Of a stretch of 64,000 nt of DNA, positions 39,734 to 50,236 are shown one piece after another. A program made the position numbers and the translations under genes. Position 1 is the first letter of the stretch. Each line of letters opens with the position of its first letter. The notes under the pieces were generated by a model. The model was not told where the DNA came from, did no database searches, and was given only the letters and a program-made list of their open reading frames with translations. The stretch is from Alphaproteobacteria bacterium (GTDB lineage: Bacteria > Pseudomonadota > Alphaproteobacteria > UBA7887), in contig CBDCGL010000011.1 in the NCBI GenBank assembly GCA_965216755.1, forward strand, positions 1,216,001 through 1,280,000, written 5' to 3'.

Positions 39734-40012
39734 TCACAGTCGGTCAATTCCACCGATTTGATGACAGCTTGCCCGCAGTCGCCGCAGCCACGACCAATTG
39801 TCGCTGGAAAGAATGAGCTTGCCAATGGCAACCCACCAGGCAATCCAAACCAACAGTGCCAATCCTCCTAACATGGGCTGAGGCAGCGGCAGAGTATCCA
39901 ATAGTAGTACCGGCCAAGGGACTATAAAAAGCACGAGAAATGGCAGCCACGTCAGTGCATAAAGGCCCGTACCGACAGCAAACCGTACGATGTTGAACTC
40001 GCAGCCCTGCAT
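39734..40012 (-). CDS. Small two-TM membrane protein
   Basis: 92 aa, two Trp-rich hydrophobic segments, RBS GGGAGG 4 nt before the ATG. Confidence 0.55.
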   Translation of the reverse strand: MQGCEFNIVRFAVGTGLYALTWLPFLVLFIVPWPVLLLDTLPLPQPMLGGLALLVWIAWWVAIGKLILSSDNWSWLRRLRASCHQIGGIDRL

Positions 40013-40067
40013 GGCGCCTCCCTACCATCCGCGTGAATCCGCCCACGAGTTTACACTTCTTCGGAGG

Positions 40068-40092
40068 AAAAGCCCCGCTGAAGCGGGGCCTT
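40068..40092 (-). terminator. Rho-independent terminator-like hairpin
   Basis: Minus strand GCCCCGC-TTCA-GCGGGGC-TTTT. Confidence 0.65.
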
Positions 40093-40258
40093 GGTGCTGT
40101 CAGCGTTGTGGGCGGTTGAGGGGAAGGCAGCGCCACGAAATCTGGCGGGGGAATCTTAGCAGGATATAATTGGAGGATCGAAGGCGAGCCATATCACATG
40201 CCTTTGCTCGTCCGTTCCTTCGACTGCATCGCGTAAGTGAGAAAGATCTTGAGATAGA

Positions 40259-43200
40259 GTGGTCACTACGTCCGTAGCCCCACCGGCCTCAACAGGTGCG
40301 GCCGGGGCACAATTCGAAGCCAAGGTAGGCGCTTACTATCTGCTTGCCATGTTGCGGGGCGCGGAACCGCGCGGTTTGCCAGATAGGATTTTTGATCGCG
40401 TTGAGCTGCAGCGCGCCGCAGAGGGCCATCCGCTCGACGATATCATCGTCCATGGACATGACCAGCGCGGCGCTGAAGCTGTACTTGAAGTCCAAGTGAA
40501 GCGCGCAATCAGCTTTGCGCCGAGGGATCAAGTATTCGAAGAGGTCGTCCGCCAAATTGCCGCTGTAGTGCAAAAATCGGAACTCCTGTCCAGTCACTAC
40601 GAACTCGCAATAGCTACCGCACAAACAACGCGCGTCATTACTGGCGCGTATCAGGAGGTGTTGAACTGGGCTCGGAAGATGGGCTCGGCAATTGACTTCT
40701 TGGCACGAATCAACCGGACGGGCTCCGCCAATGACCAAATGCGCACGTTTGTCGCGACGCTACAATCGCATCTTCGACAGGGTGGCGCAGCACATGACGA
40801 CGAGACGGTTTGGCAAGTGCTTCGCCGTCTACAAATCCACGTCTATGATTTCACTGCGGTCGGGTCGGCGAGCGAATCCCATGCCCGCGATCGTGCTGCT
40901 GATGTGCTGCATCCGGACGCAAAGGGCGAAGCCGGCGCTTTGTGGAGCGCGCTAATTGAGTATGCCCTTGACCTAGCCGCGAGCGGAGGCGACGCTACGC
41001 GCCAAGACCTATTCGATGCACTCCAGGGTCGTTTCCGCTTTGAAGGAGAGCGCCGCTACTCAATTGCTCGAGCAGCAATTGCGGAGGCCTCAAAACAGGC
41101 TCTCGACGATATCTTCGATAAGGTTGGAGGTGTCGCGCTCGGGCGCCACGCTAGAATTGCCAGCATCCGAACCGCCGCCGACACCGGGCGCTTCATCCTG
41201 ATTTGCGGCGCCGCAGGTGTTGGCAAATCAGCATTGCTAAAGCATTTGGCGGAAGAAGCCGCACGCGAAAGCCGTGTCCTCGTGCTCGCACCTGGACGTG
41301 TGCCGCAAGGGGGCTGGTCGGCTCTGCGCAACCAAATCGGCTTCGACGGTACCGCCAAAGAACTATTGAGCGATCTAGCGTGCGATGGCGGCGGTTGGGT
41401 CTTCATCGATAATCTTGACTTCATTGCTCCTGAGGAACGTCCCACGGTCAACGACTTGGTACGTGCGGCGGCAGGCATCCCGGGCGTCATCGTAACCGCG
41501 ACAGCGCGTGAACGTTTTGGGCTCGACGAGCCGAGCTGGTTGCCTGAAGACGCCATCTGCTGCCTTGGACGTGCTGATACAGTGCGGGTCAATGAGCTTA
41601 GCGAAGAAGAAGTCGCCGAACTGCGTGAGGCTGAGCCGAAGCTGCGTGCATTGCTTGCTGGTGGTCATCCGGCTAAGGCAGTAACGAGAAATCTTTTCCG
41701 GTTGTCACGTCTGATTCAAGCGCCCGAAGGCGCGCGGGAGCCGCGATCAGAAGTAGATATGGCTGAACTTTGGTGGCAAACCGCTGACGGCGCACCCGCC
41801 GAGACGCGACGGGAACGAGGGCGGTTATTACGCGAACTTGCTGCGCTCTCACTCAAAGGTGACCAAAGCTTCGATGTCACGTCGCACCCTCCGTCGGCCG
41901 TTGATGCGCTCATCAAGACAGAGAGTCTGCGTGACCTCGGAAACGATCGGGTTGCGTTCCGTCATGACGTTCTTCGCGAGTGGGCGATTGCCAACCTGAT
42001 CGTCTCAAAGCCGGTAACGCTGGACCAATTGCCTTTCGCGCAGGTAGCATCGCCGGCGCTGGCTAGAGGCGTTGAGCTGGCAGCACGAATCGTGCTCGAA
42101 ATGGCGCGCGACCTCGTCAATTGGCGAAGGCTTTTGGATACCGTGAGTGGGGTGCATGCTCACCCGTCATGGCGGCGTGCTGTTTTGCTGGCTATGGCCC
42201 ATTCCGAAATCGCCGACGAACTAGTGACCTTGATGGAGGAGACGCTGCTCGCCAACGACGCAGCGCTCTTGCGTGAGCTAATCCCGATTATGATTGCGGT
42301 GGACGTGCGGTCGATTCGCGATGTCTACGCAACGGCCAGCGTGGACGCATCAGTTATTCCGGACACGCTCAATATACCGAGCAGCCCGGGATGGTGGCCT
42401 TTAGTCGAATGGCTTTTGCAGCTCGGCGACAAACTGCCGGCTGCGGCGATCCCCGCGGTGATCGATCTGCTTCTGGGTTGGTGCAACATTGGAGTAATTA
42501 CCCCAGATCTGCTTCCACACGCGGTTTTGGAGCGCCTGAAAACCTGGCTGGTGGACATAGAGAAGTCGAACGATGCCGAAAGCTGGCGCGACAGTCCGAC
42601 AGTATTCGGTGGTGAGCTCTCTCATAAGGACCTCCAGCGAATCGAGGAGAACCTTCGAGCATATTTCACGTTATTTTCCGATCGCGTACCAGATATCGCT
42701 AAAGACTACCTACGCTTTGTGCAGACACTTCGCCGCAAGGAAGATGTTTACGCAAAGCTTCTGAAATCTCATGGAACGCTGGCGCAGGCCGCACCGGAAG
42801 AGTTAGCTGCCATAACCCTCGACGCACTTCTCCACCCTGAGGAGGAGTCCAAGAAGCGCGGCAACCGCTGGTACAACGACGCTCTCACTCACGTTGATCA
42901 CGGATTTCTCCCCGCGTCACCGGAGCAAGGCCCTTTCTTTGACCTGCTCACGCACGCGCCCGCCGTTGGATTGCAGCTTATCCGCAGCCTGATTGACCGC
43001 GTGATCGATTTCCATTCCAAGGGTGAAGCCGCCGATGATCACGACACTATCCTCATTGAGCTTTCCGGTGGCACTCGCCGATTCCCGTGGGTGAACACCT
43101 ATGGATGGTCGCGCTCGAGCGGGTACTTTTCCATCACATCCGCATTGATGGCTCTCGAAGCGTGGGCACACGCACGAGCCAAGAGGGGCGATGCCATCGA

Positions 43201-45361
43201 CGCTATTGTTGCGGACGTTATCGGACCACCCGATGCGCCTGCCGCGTATTTGCTTGTTGTTGTCGACATACTGTTATCGCATTGGCCTGAGTCGCGTGCT
43301 GCTGCGATACCGTACATCGCATGTCCAGAACTTTTGTCGCTCGATCTCGTACGTCCCGTACAAGAAAGTTTCAATATGGCCAACATCTCCGGGCCGGCAG
43401 GGCCAAAGCTTGAGGCACTAAGAAGTCGCGCATCACGACGCGTGAGCCTAGACCACCTCTTACCACGCTACGCCAACAACCGCGATTGGAACGACCTTCG
43501 CGAACGCGTCGCGGAGCTTATGACAAAAGCTGCGGACCGGCTTGGCCCCTACCAGCGAAGGGACGATCTGGGTTGTCCACGGCTGATGGCGTTTCATGCT
43601 CTGAATATGCTCGACCCTGGAAACTACGTCGATGTTGAGATCGAGCGCGACGACGGCGAGAAGGTCAGTGGCCGCCAGTTCGAACCGCCAGCGGCAGAGG
43701 CGAAACACTTCGAGTTGCTACAGAAGGTGGCATTTGCGCGCGACAATGATGTTCAAGCTATGCAATGGGTGGTTGCTGCCGTTGATAATCCTGAGCGGTC
43801 ATCACCCGAGCTAGCCGAAGCTCTTGTCGAATGGGCACAGAATGTGAGGACACCCGATCCTGACGATGACGTTATCGCCGATAACATCGTAGCCGTAGCC
43901 ATGATTGCGATTCGCGACGGCGGCCCAGAATTGCGCGCGCGGATTGACCAGTGGGCACAGGATGTATTTGCCAAGGCACTGGCTACCGAGCCTGACAGAG
44001 CGCGATTCTTCCGTACCGGTATGCTCCACAATCCCATCGCCATTGCATTCGCGGGTCGTGTGTTTGCTCTTCGCAAGAGTTCGCCGACGCGAGACGAACT
44101 CAAGCGCATACTCGGCATGGCAGGCGGCGACCCTGCCGCCGCGCATGGAGCCCCAGCGGCGGCCCTCGCATTGCGTACGATCGATGCCAGATTGCCGCGA
44201 GCCGTGTTGCGCGTTGCGTTCGCGGCCAGTGTGCGGCCGTGGCGTCGGTCGAACGCCAACAGCACGGCAAACGGACTAGCGGACGAGCGCCTACGCGACA
44301 AGGTGAATAGCCAAATCAGTTCTGAACTGACATGGCTCTGTGGTGACGGCGTGGAACCAGCTTGGCCCCTGTTTCCTCGCGAGGCCGTGCGGTCACGTAG
44401 CCGTCTAGGTATGCGCATCGGTGCAGTCGGCAGGGATACGAGAGGGAACAAGAGCAATCCACGCAAGACCTTCGTGGACCATCAAGCAGCAGCGCTCTGG
44501 CTACGCGGCCTCTGGGACCCCTCTGAGACCAATCGGGATTGGCTTCGCGATCTACTCCGTACCTATGCGGCTTGGACCTTTAGCGCGAATGGTGCGGGAC
44601 TGCCCGAAGAGGAGGAGACAGCCGAACAGCCGAGTGATTGGAACAGCATCTTTTTTACTGTTTTGGCCAATTGCTTGCCGGGCTGGCCGCAGCCGTTTGT
44701 CGAGGCCGCCATCGCGCCGATCTTCACCCTCCAGGACAAGAATTTCTACGATGTAGTCGCTGAATTATTACGAGATCTCGATGTCGTTTATTTCAATAAT
44801 GCGGGCATCGGATCTGACATTGTTGTTGCAGTCCGGGCTCGAATCGCCGAGCGCCTGGAACGTAGTCATGGCTGGCAACTATTACGCGGCACCAAGTCTG
44901 ACGGCATTGAGATGCACTTGGCGCGGGCGGCCGCCGTACAGTTTTTCAACGATCACGACTTTGGCCAAACACCCAGGTGTTATTTACCCATAAACGCGAT
45001 TGAAAAATCACTCGTTTTCATACCAACGTTGCAGGAGCTCGCAGTAAGCGCGCCCTCGCCGTTCGTAGCAATCGTTGTCTTGAATTTGCTCGAGGTCGCG
45101 CCACGGGTCGCGCAGATGCCTTTCCTTCTGGCTTTCTCTTCGGCCGCGCTCGATACTTATCCTGATGATCGTGACTTTTGGATTGACCTCGGCATAGGTC
45201 GGCGCATTTGCCAGTGGATGGCGTCTGTTCGTGATGAACACCCCGGAGCGTTTGGACTTGGCGCCGACAACAGACCTGAGATTGACCGACTTCTTGCAAG
45301 ACTCGTGGCCGTGGGTGTAGTGGAAGCGCACCGCCTCGAAGTCGTGCTCAACGTGCATTGA
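40259..45361 (+). CDS. 1700-aa STAND NTPase with N-terminal PD-(D/E)xK-like nuclease and long helical C-terminus (Avs/NLR-like defence protein)
   Basis: GAQFE...PLDDIIV...LEVQVKR nuclease-like motif; Walker A GAAGVGKS; Walker B WVFIDNLD; VTATAR; FRHD winged-helix motif; over 1000 aa of helical repeats. Confidence 0.75.
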   Translation: MVTTSVAPPASTGAAGAQFEAKVGAYYLLAMLRGAEPRGLPDRIFDRVELQRAAEGHPLDDIIVHGHDQRGAEAVLEVQVKRAISFAPRDQVFEEVVRQIAAVVQKSELLSSHYELAIATAQTTRVITGAYQEVLNWARKMGSAIDFLARINRTGSANDQMRTFVATLQSHLRQGGAAHDDETVWQVLRRLQIHVYDFTAVGSASESHARDRAADVLHPDAKGEAGALWSALIEYALDLAASGGDATRQDLFDALQGRFRFEGERRYSIARAAIAEASKQALDDIFDKVGGVALGRHARIASIRTAADTGRFILICGAAGVGKSALLKHLAEEAARESRVLVLAPGRVPQGGWSALRNQIGFDGTAKELLSDLACDGGGWVFIDNLDFIAPEERPTVNDLVRAAAGIPGVIVTATARERFGLDEPSWLPEDAICCLGRADTVRVNELSEEEVAELREAEPKLRALLAGGHPAKAVTRNLFRLSRLIQAPEGAREPRSEVDMAELWWQTADGAPAETRRERGRLLRELAALSLKGDQSFDVTSHPPSAVDALIKTESLRDLGNDRVAFRHDVLREWAIANLIVSKPVTLDQLPFAQVASPALARGVELAARIVLEMARDLVNWRRLLDTVSGVHAHPSWRRAVLLAMAHSEIADELVTLMEETLLANDAALLRELIPIMIAVDVRSIRDVYATASVDASVIPDTLNIPSSPGWWPLVEWLLQLGDKLPAAAIPAVIDLLLGWCNIGVITPDLLPHAVLERLKTWLVDIEKSNDAESWRDSPTVFGGELSHKDLQRIEENLRAYFTLFSDRVPDIAKDYLRFVQTLRRKEDVYAKLLKSHGTLAQAAPEELAAITLDALLHPEEESKKRGNRWYNDALTHVDHGFLPASPEQGPFFDLLTHAPAVGLQLIRSLIDRVIDFHSKGEAADDHDTILIELSGGTRRFPWVNTYGWSRSSGYFSITSALMALEAWAHARAKRGDAIDAIVADVIGPPDAPAAYLLVVVDILLSHWPESRAAAIPYIACPELLSLDLVRPVQESFNMANISGPAGPKLEALRSRASRRVSLDHLLPRYANNRDWNDLRERVAELMTKAADRLGPYQRRDDLGCPRLMAFHALNMLDPGNYVDVEIERDDGEKVSGRQFEPPAAEAKHFELLQKVAFARDNDVQAMQWVVAAVDNPERSSPELAEALVEWAQNVRTPDPDDDVIADNIVAVAMIAIRDGGPELRARIDQWAQDVFAKALATEPDRARFFRTGMLHNPIAIAFAGRVFALRKSSPTRDELKRILGMAGGDPAAAHGAPAAALALRTIDARLPRAVLRVAFAASVRPWRRSNANSTANGLADERLRDKVNSQISSELTWLCGDGVEPAWPLFPREAVRSRSRLGMRIGAVGRDTRGNKSNPRKTFVDHQAAALWLRGLWDPSETNRDWLRDLLRTYAAWTFSANGAGLPEEEETAEQPSDWNSIFFTVLANCLPGWPQPFVEAAIAPIFTLQDKNFYDVVAELLRDLDVVYFNNAGIGSDIVVAVRARIAERLERSHGWQLLRGTKSDGIEMHLARAAAVQFFNDHDFGQTPRCYLPINAIEKSLVFIPTLQELAVSAPSPFVAIVVLNLLEVAPRVAQMPFLLAFSSAALDTYPDDRDFWIDLGIGRRICQWMASVRDEHPGAFGLGADNRPEIDRLLARLVAVGVVEAHRLEVVLNVH

Positions 45362-45818
45362 GACAGCCTAAGGACGGGATTGTCGGAAGCCGCTCGACAA
45401 CCACTCGGAGTAGAGCACTACTTTGCAAGGCGTCGCTTTGAACAAGCATTCGCCGGCCAAATGCCAGTCCCCTCCGGAAAATACATACGTGGGACAAGAA
45501 CCCAGTTCTCGGTAAAGGTATGGTTTCGGAATGGCGTCTCCCTTCAGGCGTGCCACGTTCGGGCTATTAGCGCGCATTCGCGGCTGCTCCGGTTCACATC
45601 CGGAGTTAAGACCAAGGCCTGTAACGACAACACGACAACAGGGCGGAGAGTGTATCCCCGCCCCGTTGCCTTGACTGTCAACCGGCATTGAATTGGGCCC
45701 CCCAATCGGCGTGCAAAGAGGACCCCCGTGTTGGCGTGTTTGAGGACGCCCGGAGGCGATGCGCGAAGCCATCAGGTTTGCGCAGTGCATTGCCGGAGGG
45801 CGCTTCGAGGAGGTTTTT

Positions 45819-46547
45819 TCAGGCGCGGTTTTTGAAGCGCCAGCTCTCATTGCCTGTTTCGACGATGTCGCAGTGATGTGTCAGCCGGTCAAGCAGTGCC
45901 GTCGTCATCTTTGCATCTCCGAACACGCTCGGCCATTCGCCGAAGGTCAGGTTGGTGGATACGATGATCGTCGTGCGCTCGTAGAGACGGCTGATGAGAT
46001 GGAAGAGCAACTGACCGCCGGTCTGTGCAAAGGGCAGATAGCCGAGTTCATCGAGGATCAGAAAGTCCAGTCGGCACAGAAGGTCGGCCATGCGCCCTTG
46101 CCGGTCGGCGCGCGCTTCGGCGTCGAGCTTGTTGACGAGGTCGACGACATTGAAGAACCGTCCCCGCGCCCCGTCCCGAATGCAGGCGCGGGCGATGCCC
46201 ACAGCGAGATGGGTTTTTCCTGTGCCGGTACCGCCGATCAGGATCAAGTTGCGCTGGTGCTGCAGGAATGCGCCGCCAGCCAGATCGCGCACCAAAGTCT
46301 CGTTGACCGGCGTCTCGTTGAAGTCGAATTCTTCGATCTCCTTGGCCAGCGGTAGCTTGGCGATGGTCATCTGATACTTGATCGAACGTGCTTGCTTTTC
46401 GCTGATCTCGGCATGAAGGAGGTCACCGATGATCTTCTGCGGTTCATGCTGGCGCTTTACAGCGCTGACGAGAATCTCGTCATAGGCGGCCTTCATGCCG
46501 TAGAGCTTGAGCTGTCCCATCGCGTCGAGAACTTGCAGTCTTTCCAT
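45819..46547 (-). CDS. istB: IS21 helper ATPase IstB
   Basis: [39 protein letters not shown]. Confidence 0.95.
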   Translation of the reverse strand: MERLQVLDAMGQLKLYGMKAAYDEILVSAVKRQHEPQKIIGDLLHAEISEKQARSIKYQMTIAKLPLAKEIEEFDFNETPVNETLVRDLAGGAFLQHQRNLILIGGTGTGKTHLAVGIARACIRDGARGRFFNVVDLVNKLDAEARADRQGRMADLLCRLDFLILDELGYLPFAQTGGQLLFHLISRLYERTTIIVSTNLTFGEWPSVFGDAKMTTALLDRLTHHCDIVETGNESWRFKNRA

Positions 46548-48045
46548 GGTTGGATCTCCTGAGGCTGTCGTAACGGGCACAATCGGCGGCAGGTTCACAC
46601 TGAAGTCGCAGCGCTTCTGGCGTTGCGATGCTCACCGGTGGGCCGGGTTCTCTCTGCCGCGCCAGGATGTTGAGAATGACGTCGGCAGAAGACACGCCCT
46701 CGCGAAGCGCTTCGGCGCAAGCGGCCTCCACCGCCGGCAGACCGTCGGTCAGCACCGCGCCAAGGATGTCCACCATTTGCCGGTCACCGTTTGCAATGTT
46801 CCGCAGCTTCCGCCGCACCTGCTTCATGGCGGTTGGAAGCGACCAGTCCTTGAACGGTGCTCCATTGCGCAACGCACCGGGTTTGCGAGCAAGAACCGGG
46901 ATGTAATGCCAAGGATCGTAGACCGTTTTGTCACGGCAGAAGACACGGGCATGGCGGCCGACAATCTGACCGCCTTGCCAGAACTCCACCTGTTCGGCAT
47001 AGGCGCGTATCTCCACCGGCCGGCCAACGGCTGTGGCATTGACCGAGTAGCGGTTGCAATCAAACCGGACCAGGCAGGTCTTGGACACTGATGCCGGCAC
47101 GGCGTGGAAGCCGTCGAAGGGACCGGTATAGGGGACAAGACTTGCGCGTTCGGCCTCGAACATTTCCCAGACAGTCTTGTCGCGCCTGTCCGGGTGTGGA
47201 TGCGCCTTTGCCCAGGCGATGCAGCGATCGAGCAGCCATGCGTTGAGGTCCCGGTAGGTCTTGAACCGCAGCCGTGGCGTGAAGAACCGACGACGTATGA
47301 CACCGACTTGGTTCTCAACCTGTCCCTTCTCCCAACCCGAGGCCGGCGTGCAGGCCACCGGCTCGACAAGGTAATGCCCGCACATTTGCAGGAACCGGCG
47401 ATTGTAGGCGCGTTCCCGGCCGACGAAGATTGCGTCGACCGCCGTCTTCATGTTGTCGTAAATGCCGCGCGCACACGCGCCCTTGAAGAAAGCGAAAGCT
47501 CGATCGTGGGCATCGAACACCATCTCTTGCGTCTCGCGGGGGTAGGCGCGGACGAACGGCATCCGGCTATGGCAGAGCCGAACATGTGCCGCCTTCACCG
47601 TCGTGGTGACCCCGTTGATCAGGACAATCTCGTGGCTCCAGTCGAACTGATATGCTTCGCCCGGATCGAAGCTCAGCGGCACGAAGGCCGATGCAGACGC
47701 TGCGCATGTCTGCCGGATCCAGGATGCGGCATAGCGCCGAACCGCGTCGTATCCGCCTTCATAGCCAAGACCGCGGAGCTCTTCGAAAATACGAACCAGT
47801 GTTAAGCGCTCGCGCTTAGGACGGCGCGCATTCTCCGTGAGCATGTGATCGAGCTCGTTCCGCCAGGGGCCGATCTTCGGCCTGGGCTGAACCGACCGCT
47901 CGTAAATGAATTCCGTCTTCCCGGAGCGGATCACTTTGCGGACAACCTTCCGCGAGACCTTCAGCTCCCGGCAAATCTGCTTGATCGGCTTCTGTTGTTG
48001 AAAATACGCCCGCCGGATCTTCGCGATCGTCTCCACTACCAGCAT
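46480..48045 (-). CDS. istA: IS21 transposase IstA
   Basis: N-terminal [25 protein letters not shown] motifs. Confidence 0.95.
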   Translation of the reverse strand: MLVVETIAKIRRAYFQQQKPIKQICRELKVSRKVVRKVIRSGKTEFIYERSVQPRPKIGPWRNELDHMLTENARRPKRERLTLVRIFEELRGLGYEGGYDAVRRYAASWIRQTCAASASAFVPLSFDPGEAYQFDWSHEIVLINGVTTTVKAAHVRLCHSRMPFVRAYPRETQEMVFDAHDRAFAFFKGACARGIYDNMKTAVDAIFVGRERAYNRRFLQMCGHYLVEPVACTPASGWEKGQVENQVGVIRRRFFTPRLRFKTYRDLNAWLLDRCIAWAKAHPHPDRRDKTVWEMFEAERASLVPYTGPFDGFHAVPASVSKTCLVRFDCNRYSVNATAVGRPVEIRAYAEQVEFWQGGQIVGRHARVFCRDKTVYDPWHYIPVLARKPGALRNGAPFKDWSLPTAMKQVRRKLRNIANGDRQMVDILGAVLTDGLPAVEAACAEALREGVSSADVILNILARQREPGPPVSIATPEALRLQCEPAADCARYDSLRRSNHGKTASSRRDGTAQALRHEGRL

Positions 48046-48443
48046 CCCAAACTCGGCCCCCGATTCGAATCGGGAGCACAATGGACCCTCGTATCAGGGA
48101 GGGGCCTTTTTGGACGCCGATCACCCCAATACTGGGGTCCTTATTCCACGCCGATCTACAATATTTGGCGCGCTTTGGGTTCCGCCATGAGCAGGTATTG
48201 CAAATCTCGCCCACACCCACGCGCAAGCGACGATACGGCCACCGCCCCTGCCCTCGAACACGGGCTGGACGAGGCTCCGGCCGGATACGAAGCCCTGGCC
48301 CGAATGGGGCGATGCGCCTCTTCAGGCTCTGGCGATTTCGGCACTTGGGACCGTTGAGACGAAAACGTGGACAGATCGCCCGGTCTCGGCCTTGCTGGAC
48401 CACGCACCCCTGACCATCCGTTTTGCCGAGGTCGGCGCCGCGC

Positions 48444-49937
48444 TCAAAGCGAGCCGATGAAAGCCATCAACGCCTCGCGGTCGGTTTTGGTCATGGCCAG
48501 GACCGCATCGCGCGCTGCCTCCGCCTCGCCGCCATGCCACAGCACAGCCTCCATGAAGCCCCGGGCACGCCCGTCATGAAGGAAGAACTGGTGCATGTTG
48601 ACACGATGTACCAGCCCAATGCCCCATAGCGGCGGCGTCCGCCATTCGCGGCCTGAGGCGGCGTGGTCGGGCCGTCCGTCGGCCAGCCCCTCGCCCATGT
48701 CGTGGAGAAGAAGATCGGTGTAGGGATAAATCGTTTGTCCGGCAATCTCCGGAAAAATGGCGTCCGCGCGGGTGGTCAGGCTCGGCGTGTGGCAAGCCGC
48801 GCAACCGGCGTCAGCGAACAACGTCTCGCCGCGACGAACCTGAGGGTCGTCAACGTCGCGTCGCGCCGGCACCGACAGCAACCGCATATAAAGCACCAGT
48901 TTCTTAAGACGCTCATCATCGAGTTCCGGCACACCACCATTGCGGGCTTCCAGACAATCGCTTTGCGCCGCCGTGCAATTGTCCATCGGGTAGACGCTGG
49001 TGGTGATGCCCATGTCGCCGAACGCCGCCGCCGCAACTTGGCTGTCGAGGCTCGCCGTATTTGCCTTCCAGCCGAACCGGCCGAGACGCTCTTCGCCAGT
49101 TAAAATGTCCCAGACCCGGTTTGCTCTGCCAGAGATGCCGTCACCATCGGCATCATCGGGATCGGCGGCGCTTTCAATCTCTTGCTCGTCGACCGCTTCG
49201 AGCAGGCCGAGACCAAAGACCGCCGGCGCAACCCGCGGCGAGAACAAGACGTCGTCTCCCAGTGGCCCGTATTTGAGATCGTTGAAGCTGTAGACCGGCG
49301 CCCGCAGACTGTAAGTCTCACCATCGGCGAACCGGCCCTCGATCTCGCGGTAGCGGACCGACGTACGGCCCTCTTTCGGCACGCCGGCAATGCTCTTGTC
49401 CTGAAGCTGGGAGCCATAGACAGGATGCGGCAACGGCCCGCCGTCGCCAGGCACGCTGAGGCGAATCAGCATCGATTCCATCGGCGCCTCGGGACTCGCC
49501 GGCGGCTGGCCACGGCCATCCTTCAAGTGACACCCGGAACACGAGACGCGGTTGTAGGTCGGGCCGAGCCCGTCGAGGCGCTCATAGGTGCCAGGCGCAA
49601 CTGCCCATCTGTGGCGAAAAAGGATACGCGCGAAGGCAAAATCGCGAAGCCGCGGCTGGTCGACTGTTATGGGAACCGAAAACGCCTCTCGCGTGCGTGT
49701 CGCCGTGGTCGCGTTACCGGCCGACATCGCGCCTTCGCTGATCACGACCGCCTGGTTGGGACCACTAAAATTGTGCCAAACCCAGCGGTTGAAATCGGCC
49801 GCGTAATTGCCTTCGCCGGGACGCCAAACGTCATCCGAGTTGAGCTCGACCACCGGCACACGGTTGTCTGCCACCGCCGTAGAAAAAAGACCGAGTCCGA
49901 CCAACAAGACCAAACTAAGCGTCCTGCAACTCAACAC
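48444..49937 (-). CDS. Di-heme oxidoreductase (DHOR/thiol oxidoreductase) family protein
   Basis: Signal peptide, DGLGPTYN..SCSGCH, GRFGWKA, CAACH, TDLLLHDMG, WRTPPLWG, LHDGRAR. Confidence 0.9.
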   Translation of the reverse strand: MLSCRTLSLVLLVGLGLFSTAVADNRVPVVELNSDDVWRPGEGNYAADFNRWVWHNFSGPNQAVVISEGAMSAGNATTATRTREAFSVPITVDQPRLRDFAFARILFRHRWAVAPGTYERLDGLGPTYNRVSCSGCHLKDGRGQPPASPEAPMESMLIRLSVPGDGGPLPHPVYGSQLQDKSIAGVPKEGRTSVRYREIEGRFADGETYSLRAPVYSFNDLKYGPLGDDVLFSPRVAPAVFGLGLLEAVDEQEIESAADPDDADGDGISGRANRVWDILTGEERLGRFGWKANTASLDSQVAAAAFGDMGITTSVYPMDNCTAAQSDCLEARNGGVPELDDERLKKLVLYMRLLSVPARRDVDDPQVRRGETLFADAGCAACHTPSLTTRADAIFPEIAGQTIYPYTDLLLHDMGEGLADGRPDHAASGREWRTPPLWGIGLVHRVNMHQFFLHDGRARGFMEAVLWHGGEAEAARDAVLAMTKTDREALMAFIGSL

Positions 49938-50236
49938 GCGAAAATCTCCTCACCTTCTGGTGCCCCGATTGGCGACGCGCACCGAGTCCACGTCATGAAT
50001 GATAAAGATTCCGTGCAGACCGCCCGCATTTGTCAAGATACGCTAACATGAGGCAGTCAAGCGCTCAAATATCCGCCCGAGGTCGTGGTCAACCGCAACC
50101 TCTTGAATCCTGGCCGCACCCCCGGAATTCCGACTGGCCGACGCCCGGATCTAACGGAGCGGCTCTCAAGGCCAGCCGTTTACAAGGGGCTGCGGCGGCG
50201 TGGAGCAGTTTCGGACCCGCATCGTGCCCACAGGGG

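Larger units (their letters stand above)
37718..48160. mobile_element. tRNA-Leu-anchored genomic island (defence-type cargo); right boundary uncertain
   Basis: Abrupt switch from core genes to orphan, defence-like and IS genes directly after the tRNA; att-arm-like repeats at 37776-37795; accessory DNA may extend to about 59.8 kb. Confidence 0.55.
45676..48160 (-). mobile_element. IS21 family insertion sequence (2485 bp)
   Basis: Imperfect terminal IRs TGTCAACCGGCATTGAATTGGGCCCC / TGTAGATCGGCGTGGAATAAGGACCCC, sub-terminal repeats, istA and istB. Confidence 0.93.

Noticed and set aside
45368-45850. 160-aa minus-strand ORF crossing the IS21 end
   Set aside because: Starts inside the IS terminal repeats and has no recognisable motif
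46480-46547. 68-bp istA/istB overlap as a programmed frameshift
   Set aside because: No clear slippery sequence; istB has its own GGAG RBS and ATG
50100-50125. ttgaatcctggccgcacccc as a possible attR copy of the tRNA-Leu 3' end
   Set aside because: Only a short gapped resemblance to ttcgagtccggccgcggccacca; expected by chance in GC-rich DNA
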